Below, one piece after another: positions 51,269 to 60,592 of a stretch of 64,000 nucleotides of DNA; the stretch's first letter is position 1; every line of letters starts with the position of its first letter. Source of the stretch: Candidatus Dadabacteria bacterium. Lineage in GTDB: Bacteria; Desulfobacterota_D; UBA1144; Nemesobacterales; CSP1-2. The translations under genes were made by a program, and so were the position numbers. Location: contig CAWDVW010000005.1 in assembly GCA_963805855.1 (NCBI GenBank), forward strand, positions 128,001 to 192,000, written 5' to 3'. Below the pieces are notes generated by a model. That model ran no database searches. It worked only from the letters and a program-made list of their open reading frames with translations, and was not told the DNA's origin.

Positions 51269-52183
51269 CTAAGAAGGAGAACCCTTGCCATTTATTTCAT
51301 TAACACTCCAGTCATAACCTAGATAAGAAATCTTGAAATTGTTTTTCAATAAGAAATTCCTCTGTGCTTCAGATTGAAGATACCTCAAAACAACATTAAG
51401 AACCGCTCTCTCTTTTTCATTCCTGTTACTGAACAATTCTGTATTTCCGTAATTTTTGATAAAGTCATCACCAAACCATTTAAAAATCTTTGAAACTTTA
51501 ACCTTATTTTTTTCCTCATCAATATAAACTCCCTTAACGGGGTCGTTTATGAAATCGATGGCTTGACTCTCAAGCTGTTCATAAACGATATCTGGTCTGT
51601 AAGCCTCGCTCCTTAAATTTGGGCATCCCTTCGAAGCGCAATTTATTGCAAAATGTATCCTGGGTTCATTAAACTGTTTCCTGAGTATTTTGTGCTCAAT
51701 CTCCTCCAGCGTGACCAACCTCCCGACCGCGCGGAATTTGAGATCAGACCAAACGCCCGGGATCTGAAGTATACTGTTACTGGGAACAAAAAGGCCTTTT
51801 ATAGTAAAACCCCTTTTTATAGGATAGTTGTCTATGATGGCTTTTATCGTAAATGCATTATAGGCATTTATCCAAAATGCCAATTTTTGCTCCACTGTCC
51901 AGTTTTCATAGCTTGTTTCGCTAACCGAGCCAAGATGTCTCAGATAGGCATCCAATTTGTCTGATGATTTTATGATTCCTTGATAATCAACCCTTGAATC
52001 ATGTACGTAACTCTTCAGTAATGAATCAAAATCCGAATGTGTATGATCAAACGAATCCGAAATTTCATCACTCAATTCGTTGTAAGTAAATGATGACGAA
52101 TCGCTATTTGACCTTATCACAATTGATAACATCGATATTGAGACTATCGTGCCAGTTGCAAGCTTAAACAAAATTGAATTCAT
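51269..52183 (-). CDS. DUF547 domain protein
   Basis: LAFWINAYNA, EPRIHFAINCASKGCP, SKIFKWF, YDWSVNE. Confidence 0.9.
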   Translation of the reverse strand: MNSILFKLATGTIVSISMLSIVIRSNSDSSSFTYNELSDEISDSFDHTHSDFDSLLKSYVHDSRVDYQGIIKSSDKLDAYLRHLGSVSETSYENWTVEQKLAFWINAYNAFTIKAIIDNYPIKRGFTIKGLFVPSNSILQIPGVWSDLKFRAVGRLVTLEEIEHKILRKQFNEPRIHFAINCASKGCPNLRSEAYRPDIVYEQLESQAIDFINDPVKGVYIDEEKNKVKVSKIFKWFGDDFIKNYGNTELFSNRNEKERAVLNVVLRYLQSEAQRNFLLKNNFKISYLGYDWSVNEINGKGSPS

Positions 52184-52474
52184 TTTATGAAATCTTTGAA
52201 CAACAGTTCAAATTCCTAGATTTATCTATTAGGATGTCTTTCATACGGATAGAGATTCAAAATTAGGGCTGGCTATGGTTGTTACATAATGAGGTTCTAT
52301 TCATGGAAACACCCCTGAAGTAGGCTTCGGGTTGTCTTCTTATAATAACTACGATGTAATAGGTCATTGCTGTAGATGTTAGATATGTCTTGGACAATAT
52401 CTTAGATCTTAAATGGGCATTCAAAAAATTGCCAAAATCAAATCCGGAAGCGTTAAAAAAAGTGACAATCATTA

Positions 52475-52703
52475 CCGTCATCTCGAAGGAACAAAGTGAC
52501 TGAGAGAACTAATTAATTATAGCAATAGATATCTCGCATTCGCTCGATACGCAAGCGTTTTTTGTCAGCCCTCCTGAGCAAGTGGGTTGTTTCTTTGTAT
52601 CAAGACAAAGAAAATAAAAAATTAAACAATGGATCCCCGATAACATTCGAGGATGACGGATGATCGTTATCTTTTTTTTATCCGTGCGGGGTTGGAACCC
52701 CGC
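52475..52703. repeat. Degenerate REP/MITE-like palindrome cluster
   Basis: CCGTCATCTCGAA...; TGGATCCCCGA..TCGAGGATGACGG (52630-52659); GCGGGGTT-GG-AACCCCGC (52686-52703). Confidence 0.55.
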
Positions 52704-52845
52704 TATCGTTATTGATGACGGCATTTATTATGGATAGTCCATAGGTTTTTATGTCATCGATTTCATTGAGTTGAGCCAACGGTTTGTGCTGAACCATGTC
52801 CTGAGGAAAATCAGGATCTATTAGCATAAGACAAATACTAATTAT

Positions 52846-54135
52846 TCACTCCCAATTCCCCATGTACTTATTTTCAAATGGACACCTGCCAAGCTTTATA
52901 TGTTCTTCAAATTCGTGCCTAAACTTTTTAACTGTCGATTCGATAGGCATCGCACATCCGTCGGCAAGTGCGCATATCGTCGTCCCCCGCATCTGTGAAC
53001 ATGCATCTAGCATTGTATCTATGTATTCATCCCTGCCCCTACCCTCTTCAATCTTTGTAAGCATTTTGTCAAGCCACCACGTCCCCTCCCTGCACTGGAC
53101 GCATTGTCCACATGACTCATCACGATAGAAATGAGCCAGATTCTGCGCAACCCTAACCATACAAGTCGACTCATCCATCACAGTAACGCCTGCCGTTCCC
53201 AGCATGGACCCTGCCTTCATCAATGAATCGAAATCCATAGGGATATCCATTTCATCGGCCGTAAGCACGGGAGCAGAGGAACCGCCAGGAGAAACGGCTT
53301 TTACCCGCTTCCCATTTATCGTACCACCACCATATTCAAATATTAATTCACGGAGCGGAATGCCAAGTGGGAGTTCGTATAGCCCAGGTCTTTTTATGCT
53401 GCCGCTGAGCCCGAAAATTTTTGTTCCGGTGTTTTTGGGTGTCCCGATGTTAGAAAACCAATCAGCCCCTCTGTTAATTATATGGGGCACGCAGGCAAGG
53501 GTTTCGACATTATTTACTATTGTTGGGCATCCGAAAAGCCCTATCTGTGCAGGAAAAGGGGGTTTAGGCCTGGGCTCACCGTTCTTGCCTTCAATTGATT
53601 CGAGGAGCCCCGTCTCTTCCCCGCATATGTATGCACCGGCGCCTCTGAATAAAACAACATCAAGATTAAACCCGGATCCGAGAATATTTTCCCCCAGATA
53701 TCTCTTCTCATAAGCCTCATTAATAGCCCTCTCTATTATACTGGCACCCCTGGGCATTTCACCACGGATATAGATGTAGCATTTATGAGAATTTATAGCG
53801 TAAGCGCAGATAATAATTCCCTCCAACATCTGATGAGGGTCCCTTTCAATTATTTCCCTGTCCTTGAAGCTGCCAGGTTCGCTTTCATCGGCATTGCAGC
53901 ACAGGTAAATCGGTTGATTTGTATCCCGAGGTATAAAACTCCATTTGATACCGGTCGGGAACCCTGCACCCCCTCTCCCGCGAAGACCTGAATTTTTCAC
54001 CTCATTAATGATTTCTAGGGGATCCGTTTTAAGAGCCTTTTCAAGCGCCTTATATCCTCCGGCAGCCATGTAAGACTCGATCGACGCTGATTCTGTTCTA
54101 TCAACGTAGTTACGGATAATCCTCATTTCAGGCAT
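52846..54135 (-). CDS. nuoF: NADH-quinone oxidoreductase subunit F (stand-alone)
   Basis: GLRGRGGAGFPTG, NADESEPG, YICGEET, ESCGQCVQCREG...ICAL. Confidence 0.93.
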   Translation of the reverse strand: MPEMRIIRNYVDRTESASIESYMAAGGYKALEKALKTDPLEIINEVKNSGLRGRGGAGFPTGIKWSFIPRDTNQPIYLCCNADESEPGSFKDREIIERDPHQMLEGIIICAYAINSHKCYIYIRGEMPRGASIIERAINEAYEKRYLGENILGSGFNLDVVLFRGAGAYICGEETGLLESIEGKNGEPRPKPPFPAQIGLFGCPTIVNNVETLACVPHIINRGADWFSNIGTPKNTGTKIFGLSGSIKRPGLYELPLGIPLRELIFEYGGGTINGKRVKAVSPGGSSAPVLTADEMDIPMDFDSLMKAGSMLGTAGVTVMDESTCMVRVAQNLAHFYRDESCGQCVQCREGTWWLDKMLTKIEEGRGRDEYIDTMLDACSQMRGTTICALADGCAMPIESTVKKFRHEFEEHIKLGRCPFENKYMGNWE

Positions 54136-54271
54136 GACAGGTTACCTAGACAATAGATTAAAACTCAAAGTTATTTTATATGTTTTACAGCCACTGGCAA
54201 GCTGAACAAGCCACAATCAATTTAATACCTGACGGATAAGAAGTGATTAATCGAATGTTTAGGGTTTCTCA

Positions 54272-55462
54272 TCAAAGAAATTTATCTACTGCGTATTTGG
54301 CGAATGCCATGGACGATGTAAATGCAGGGGATATCGCATTTAAGACATGTAGCGAATCACCTTCACTTATCAATACGAAATCCATGACCAGCTTTTTTGT
54401 AGGCCAGTGTACGAGTTGAGGGCGAATACCTATCTTGTCGGTGTCTTCAAGGTCTGTAATCTCAAGCTCAGTCAAAAGCTGTTTTGCTTCCTCGAAAAAG
54501 AATCGCATTGAGTATTTCTTAACTTCTGTCATTGCAGTGGATCGAAAGGCTTCATTTTCGAAGAAGAGGATCCCATCCCGGAATAAAATAGGAATCATTT
54601 CGAGTGATATATTTTCTAAGAAACCGTAATTCTCCCTGCCGAGAGCGGGAATAGCCGTCGGACCGGCATATACCTCTCCCATTACACTCCGGGTAAAGTG
54701 AATACCAAGAAAGGTATTCCTAAGATCGGGTACCGGGTATATATTACCCCTAACTAGATATGAACGCTCTTTCCGGATTTTCTTGTACGTTCCCTTAAAC
54801 GGGAGGATTTTGAAATCCCTGCCCACTCCGAACTGATACGCAACCCTGTCGGCAAACGCTCCCGAGGTATTCACAACCTTATGAAATTCTATTGCACCTT
54901 GGGAGGTTAGCGCTATTTTGTCGCCCTTTAGTTTCAAAAAGGACGTCTCGTAATATATTTTGACCTTACCGGATTTCAAGAGTTCGTCTTTGATCGAATT
55001 CAATATCTCATTTGGGTCAATCACTGCAGTGTCCGGTGAATATAGAGCCTTTTCGCAGGTCGACGCAAACGGTTCAATCTCAGAAAGCTCCTTCGTGTCT
55101 ATAATAGACGACCTTACCCCATTTTGAATTGCCCTCTCATGCAGCTCAAGGAGTCTTTCTAATTCACGGGAGTCCTTCGTAACTATAACCTTTCCTGTTT
55201 CTTTCAGAGTCAATCCGTTTTCACGACAATACCCCTTCATAAGGGCGTTGCCTTTTACACAGAACTGTGCCCTAAAAGAATCCGGAGTGTAATAAATACC
55301 GGCGTGCAGTACCCCACTATTTCTACCACTTGCATGGGCGCCCAGACACCGCTCCTTTTCAATCACCAGAATTTCTTCAATCCCTCTTGTAAGCATTTCT
55401 CGCGCGATTGTGAGACCAGTTATACCGGCGCCTATTATAAGAACTTCACAAGTTTTATCCAT
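54272..55462 (-). CDS. lhgO: L-2-hydroxyglutarate oxidase-like FAD oxidoreductase
   Basis: GAGITG, HASGRNSGVLHAGIYY, IYPVPD, FLGIHFT, GIRPQL. Confidence 0.85.
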   Translation of the reverse strand: MDKTCEVLIIGAGITGLTIAREMLTRGIEEILVIEKERCLGAHASGRNSGVLHAGIYYTPDSFRAQFCVKGNALMKGYCRENGLTLKETGKVIVTKDSRELERLLELHERAIQNGVRSSIIDTKELSEIEPFASTCEKALYSPDTAVIDPNEILNSIKDELLKSGKVKIYYETSFLKLKGDKIALTSQGAIEFHKVVNTSGAFADRVAYQFGVGRDFKILPFKGTYKKIRKERSYLVRGNIYPVPDLRNTFLGIHFTRSVMGEVYAGPTAIPALGRENYGFLENISLEMIPILFRDGILFFENEAFRSTAMTEVKKYSMRFFFEEAKQLLTELEITDLEDTDKIGIRPQLVHWPTKKLVMDFVLISEGDSLHVLNAISPAFTSSMAFAKYAVDKFL

Positions 55463-55771
55463 TTAAATAATTAAGCTCAAACTAATCGTCCACAAAAGGC
55501 TATCCCACCCAGTTCGGAGGTTAAACGTAAATAATCTGGAATGATGAGTTATCAACCTCCATGATAAAAATCCGTGCACCTGGCTGCATGCAAGGCTCGA
55601 GCCATAACATAGAATTAATCCTTCCTAACAGGTCTTATTCCGATGAAAATCGAATATTCACTAATTTGCTTTACTACTCATATCTATTTGATTTTTAAGA
55701 CGAAATTTGACCAAAGGGTTAGATTATGATAACATTGTTTATCTCAGATTCCAGCGCCGAGGAAGGAAATC

Positions 55772-56266
55772 GTGTTTAAAAAAGGTGCCAAAGCAGTCTA
55801 CCCAGCTCATGGCGTTGTCAGGATCAAAGGAATTGAAGTCAAAGAAATCTGTGGGACAAGAAAGGCGTTTTATATATTACACGTAGTCGAAAACGATGTA
55901 ACTGTAATGGTTCCCACCGACAATGCAGAATCAGTTGGACTAAGACCAATCATAAGGAAAAACCAGATTCCTAAAATCTACGGGATCCTTAGCGGCAAAA
56001 ATAAGGCATTCAACGCGTCAAATGGTTATCAAAGCTGGAATAAGAGATACCGGGAGTATGCCGAAAAATTAAAAAGTGGAAATATCGTGGAGGTAGCTAG
56101 GGTTCTAAAAAATATCAACCTTCTTCAGAGCGAAAAAGAGCTGTCGTTCGGTGAACGACGGATAATGGATTCAGCTAGGTCACTTTTAGTAAAAGAAATT
56201 TCTATATCCAAAAGTATAGATGAAGAATTCGTCGCCGAAGAAATTGATAAGCTACTTGCCTCTTAG
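55772..56266 (+). CDS. carD: CarD family RNA polymerase-binding regulator
   Basis: AVYPAHGV, VMVP, WNKRYRE, LSFGER. Confidence 0.93.
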   Translation: MFKKGAKAVYPAHGVVRIKGIEVKEICGTRKAFYILHVVENDVTVMVPTDNAESVGLRPIIRKNQIPKIYGILSGKNKAFNASNGYQSWNKRYREYAEKLKSGNIVEVARVLKNINLLQSEKELSFGERRIMDSARSLLVKEISISKSIDEEFVAEEIDKLLAS

Positions 56267-56299
56267 CTTAGCACAGCTTATACTTTTCTCCCTCGAAAT

Positions 56300-57172
56300 A
56301 TGTCAGAAGCTTTGATAGACGTAAACGCCTCCTTGCGGCTAAGAGGGTTTTCATTCCGAATATTCCCCAGAATTAAAGGATTCAGATCAGGCATTCATAA
56401 AAGCGTCTATAAGGGAATAAGCCCTGATTTCGTTGAGTATAAGGAATACTCCCAGGGAGATGATCTAAGGCATATAGATTGGCGCCTCTATGGAAGGCTC
56501 GATCGCTTTTACGTGAGAAAATTTGAAGATGAAGTGAATCTAAACTGGTGGATCCTCATCGATGCGAGTGGGTCGATGGGCTACATTTCAAGAGAATCCA
56601 GTAAGCTTGACTACGCAAAAAGACTGGCAGCCACCTTAACATACCTGCTGATTAAGCAGGGAGATGCCGTTGGTATTGTAGATTTCTGTGATGACAACAT
56701 TGCAATACTACCCCCTAGATCGGGAAATCCGGCACTAAATTCCATATTGACCAGGCTAGATTCCTTAAAGGCTTCTGGGAAGGCAGATATCAAAGAACCT
56801 ATAAACAGGGCAATAGAAAAAACCAGGGCTGACTCATGCCTTGTAATAATCTCGGACTTGCTCATCGACTTGAACTTAATAGAAGAATCGCTAAAGCTCT
56901 TGCGCTCTTCGAATAAAGAAGCGATCTTCTTTCACATCCTCGACAGGGACGAAATCGAATTTGAATTTGATGGGTCGATTGAGTTTGAAGATATGGAAGA
57001 TGAAACAAAAATCCTTGTTGATGCAGGAAACATTAGGAAAACTTATAGGAACAGGGTTCAAGCTTTCATAGATAGAGTAAAACAAATATGCCATGAAAAC
57101 GAATCGAGGTATGTTCTGTCTCCGACTTACTCCCCCATCGAGGAAGTTCTTATGCAAATCGCCCAAAAATAG
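56300..57172 (+). CDS. DUF58 domain protein
   Basis: GIHKS, FVEYKEY..GDDLRHIDW, DASGSM. Confidence 0.92.
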   Translation: MSEALIDVNASLRLRGFSFRIFPRIKGFRSGIHKSVYKGISPDFVEYKEYSQGDDLRHIDWRLYGRLDRFYVRKFEDEVNLNWWILIDASGSMGYISRESSKLDYAKRLAATLTYLLIKQGDAVGIVDFCDDNIAILPPRSGNPALNSILTRLDSLKASGKADIKEPINRAIEKTRADSCLVIISDLLIDLNLIEESLKLLRSSNKEAIFFHILDRDEIEFEFDGSIEFEDMEDETKILVDAGNIRKTYRNRVQAFIDRVKQICHENESRYVLSPTYSPIEEVLMQIAQK

Positions 57173-57182
57173 GGAGGAGTAA

Positions 57183-59159
57183 TTGAATTTCTCCCTATTA
57201 AACCCTTACTTCCTTATCGGGCTTGGCGCCGTATTATTACCGGTAATTGCACACCTAATTTCAAAGAAGTCCGGAACCAAGAAAAGATTTGCAGCGCTTA
57301 CCTTTCTCCTTGCTTCTCAGGGAGAAACCGCAAGAAGATCAAACGTCAAAGATTTATTCTTGCTGCTTTTGAGATCTCTGATAATAGTTCTTTTAGTTAT
57401 CGTATTTGCGAAGCCCGCCATTTTTTCTTTCACAAGGCTTGGTGCGCATGATGCCGGGTCCATAGCCTTTATAATCGATAATTCATTTAGCATGGGCTAC
57501 AGCAACAATTTTGGCACTGCAAAAAACAAGGCAAAGGAGCTGATAGAATCCCTACCCGATGGAAGTTTCGCCACAGTCCTACCACTCGTCCAAACCGGGA
57601 AATCAAAACTTGGCGTGACCCAGGATAAAAGGAAAATGAAACGAGACCTAAAAAGCATAGAGCTATCCAATTCCTACACTGACAATGAACGGAGAATTGA
57701 GGAAGCCTTCGGTCTTTTGCAAAACACGCCTAATCAAAGGAAAGAGGTCTTATTCTTCACTGACCTTCAAAAAAATGGCTGGACAAACGAGGATATTCAC
57801 AGGGATTGGTTGACGTTGATAGACGTTTCCGAAGCCGAAGTTTTACACAACAATGCAGTAACAGACTTTAACATAAAGGAAACCGAGGAGCTGATCAGAA
57901 GCGATGTGGCAGTCACAAATTTTCAAGATACCGAATCGGGGAAAATCCTTGCAAGTATTTTCATAAACGACAATGAATTACGCGGATTTTTTCAGATCGA
58001 GCCAGAATCCACGCAGCAGAAACAGTTCAGTTATCACAAATCGCAAATTCCCGCAGGAGAAATTATATCAAGAGTAGAGATTACTCCTGACAATCTTGAA
58101 GTGGATAATAAAAGGTACTTCGTTTTACCCAGGGAAGAAGGTATGCGGGTTTTAATCGTTGACGGGGATCCAAGGGAAATTGCGAGGCTCAGTGAAAGTT
58201 TTTACATAAATGGAGCCCTCGAAACACTCTCAGAGGTTCTAACCCTAAACTTACAATTAAAGGATAATGACTCATTTATATCTGAAGACCTGGAGAATTA
58301 CGATCTAATTTTTATGGCAAATGTTGGAGACATCACCCCCAATAAGTCCGAAGAAATTAAGAAGTTTATAAAAAACGGCGGCACTCTGATAATTTTTCTC
58401 GGTAATAGAATCAGAAGCAACGTTTATAACAAGCTTCTGTATGATGTCCTGCCAGCAGAAATTGGCTCAACAACTGAAGGTGAATTTACATTAGTTCCGG
58501 AAAATTTCTATCTAGAGCTCGTAAAAAACAAAGATAGATTGAAAGGCGTAAATGTAAATAAACTTTATAGCCTGATCCCTACCGAAAAGTCACATATTAT
58601 CATAAGCGCTTCGAACAAATTTCCTTTCATGATAAAGAATGACGTGGCGAAAGGAACCGTAATTTTGTTTGCCTCAACGGCGGATCTGAGCTGGAATAAC
58701 CTTTCGTTATCCCCTCTTTATCTCCCCATCATCAAGAAATTATTTGACCTTCCTGTCTCAAAGAAATCTCTCGATAGAAACATATCAGTTGGTGATGAAC
58801 TTACGATTGAGATTGGAGATGATTTAGACGAAGTCACAGTAATAGATCCGTTGGGAAAGAAATACAATATTAATAGAGAAAATACGAAATTCTTAAATAC
58901 TTATGTCCCCGGAATTTACAAGGTCGAAAACGAAGGGAACACTCTGTACAGCTTTGCGGTAAATATCGACCCAGTTGAATCAAACCTCGAGAAGACCTCA
59001 ACCAATTCCTACTCCTCACCGAATTACCCCGAGTCTCGAGGAGCCAAAGTCTATAAAGAGATTTGGCTCTATTTTTTATGGGCCGCGCTTGCATTGTTCG
59101 TCACCGAGTCTCTTTTTAGAACCAGAACAGTAAAGTCTTTCCTTAGCCTACTAAGCTAA
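57183..59159 (+). CDS. BatA N-terminal/VWA domain membrane protein
   Basis: FSLLNP...LPVIAHL...LLLLRSL...AKP; DNSFSM MIDAS; FTD; C-terminal ES and TM. Confidence 0.85.
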   Translation: MNFSLLNPYFLIGLGAVLLPVIAHLISKKSGTKKRFAALTFLLASQGETARRSNVKDLFLLLLRSLIIVLLVIVFAKPAIFSFTRLGAHDAGSIAFIIDNSFSMGYSNNFGTAKNKAKELIESLPDGSFATVLPLVQTGKSKLGVTQDKRKMKRDLKSIELSNSYTDNERRIEEAFGLLQNTPNQRKEVLFFTDLQKNGWTNEDIHRDWLTLIDVSEAEVLHNNAVTDFNIKETEELIRSDVAVTNFQDTESGKILASIFINDNELRGFFQIEPESTQQKQFSYHKSQIPAGEIISRVEITPDNLEVDNKRYFVLPREEGMRVLIVDGDPREIARLSESFYINGALETLSEVLTLNLQLKDNDSFISEDLENYDLIFMANVGDITPNKSEEIKKFIKNGGTLIIFLGNRIRSNVYNKLLYDVLPAEIGSTTEGEFTLVPENFYLELVKNKDRLKGVNVNKLYSLIPTEKSHIIISASNKFPFMIKNDVAKGTVILFASTADLSWNNLSLSPLYLPIIKKLFDLPVSKKSLDRNISVGDELTIEIGDDLDEVTVIDPLGKKYNINRENTKFLNTYVPGIYKVENEGNTLYSFAVNIDPVESNLEKTSTNSYSSPNYPESRGAKVYKEIWLYFLWAALALFVTESLFRTRTVKSFLSLLS

Positions 59160-60552
59160 TCCCATCTATCCTTTCCGGTATTTGATGTCCCATGAGGTGA
59201 AGTATGGTTGGATACAAATCAACGGTTCTTGCATATTCTTTATTGATTTTGAAGTTTACTGCGAGTGGAACATGCATATGTTCACTAGACAATGAGCCAT
59301 GCGAAGATCGGTGTTCCGGCTTTTCATGCTTTGCCCTAAGATCGTAACCTGGCTTTGCACTCACCAGCAAATCCCCAGACCGCGGCGATTCCAGGAGTTG
59401 AATTATCTGAAGAATCCCGTCTGGATATTCGGTATTAAAGGTACTCTTCAGGGCTTCATCTATGCTCATCTTGTTTGGTAAGGATCTGTATCCAAATGGA
59501 TCATCCGAGATTCCGTCATACCTCAATAACCCTTCCTCATCCAACCACGAAACTGCTTCTCCTCTTTCGCTCTTTATTCTTACCCTGCCCTCATCATCAA
59601 TCCCAGCTATCAGGTCCACCTCAGGCCTTTCGAGAAAACTGTCTACCAGGCCAGCAAGTTCTTGAAACGTGCCTCTATGTTCCCAACCCTTCGGACTTCT
59701 CACGTATATATGGGTCATTGCATTACCCGATATCATGTTCGCAGCGTCGGCGTTTCTATAAAATCTGAAAATGTTTGGATAATGTAACGTCTTATAACCG
59801 AGGCGATTCATAAATTCTACAGAATCGAAATGTGAATGCGTGATGGAAAGCCCGTGATCACTTGCGATGATCAGTATCGTTTCTTCCAATCTGCCTTCTT
59901 TTTCCAATATCCTTCCGAGAGACCCCACCGTTTCATCGATCCTCAGATACGAATCTATTACTTTCTTATGAAATGGATGATTACAATGTGAGTAAGTATC
60001 AATACTAAGAAATACGACGTATGCAAACTGCGGATTTTCAGCCATAGAATCTAAAAGAATCCTTCCGGCAGCTAAGTCAACTTCGTCAGTCCGGTTTGTG
60101 AAGTGGCTTTTCATTTTATAGTAAATTTTTAGAAGCTTGGTTTTATCACCATTAAAACCGACCCCTCTGTTAAGCTCGTTCAAAATACTAATCGCATTCG
60201 GAAAAACCTCGAAAAGAGTAGGCGTGTCTTTAGAAATATCGCCATTCATCAGAAAAGTTCCAATCCCAACATAACTCCTAAAACGGCGGAGAGAAAACAA
60301 CTTGCCTGAATAACTTTGCCTATCGAACCATCTTATACCCGGAAGATTACATCGTCCTGGGAATTTCCCCAAGATAAATGGAGCATATGCCGGCCCTGTC
60401 GTAGATGGAAACACAGAAACTGCCCTGGTGTGTGTTCCCTTTTCCACAACGTACTTCGCGATGTTTGGAAGTCTTCCGCTAATCAGTAGATCTTCAAACA
60501 CATCGGCTCTGGCGCCGTCGGCCATGATAAATATGCAACTCTTGTACTCCAT
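59143..60552 (-). CDS. Alkaline phosphatase superfamily protein (nucleotide pyrophosphatase/phosphodiesterase-like)
   Basis: IMADG, FPSTT, DTYSH, SDHG, SHGSL. Confidence 0.85.
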   Translation of the reverse strand: MEYKSCIFIMADGARADVFEDLLISGRLPNIAKYVVEKGTHTRAVSVFPSTTGPAYAPFILGKFPGRCNLPGIRWFDRQSYSGKLFSLRRFRSYVGIGTFLMNGDISKDTPTLFEVFPNAISILNELNRGVGFNGDKTKLLKIYYKMKSHFTNRTDEVDLAAGRILLDSMAENPQFAYVVFLSIDTYSHCNHPFHKKVIDSYLRIDETVGSLGRILEKEGRLEETILIIASDHGLSITHSHFDSVEFMNRLGYKTLHYPNIFRFYRNADAANMISGNAMTHIYVRSPKGWEHRGTFQELAGLVDSFLERPEVDLIAGIDDEGRVRIKSERGEAVSWLDEEGLLRYDGISDDPFGYRSLPNKMSIDEALKSTFNTEYPDGILQIIQLLESPRSGDLLVSAKPGYDLRAKHEKPEHRSSHGSLSSEHMHVPLAVNFKINKEYARTVDLYPTILHLMGHQIPERIDGISLVG

Positions 60553-60592
60553 AATTTAAGCCTCGATCTTTAAGAATCTACTAAACGCCTTG

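Noticed and set aside
52686..52703. tRNA fragment or attachment site
   Set aside because: Simple palindrome with no cloverleaf and no integrase nearby.
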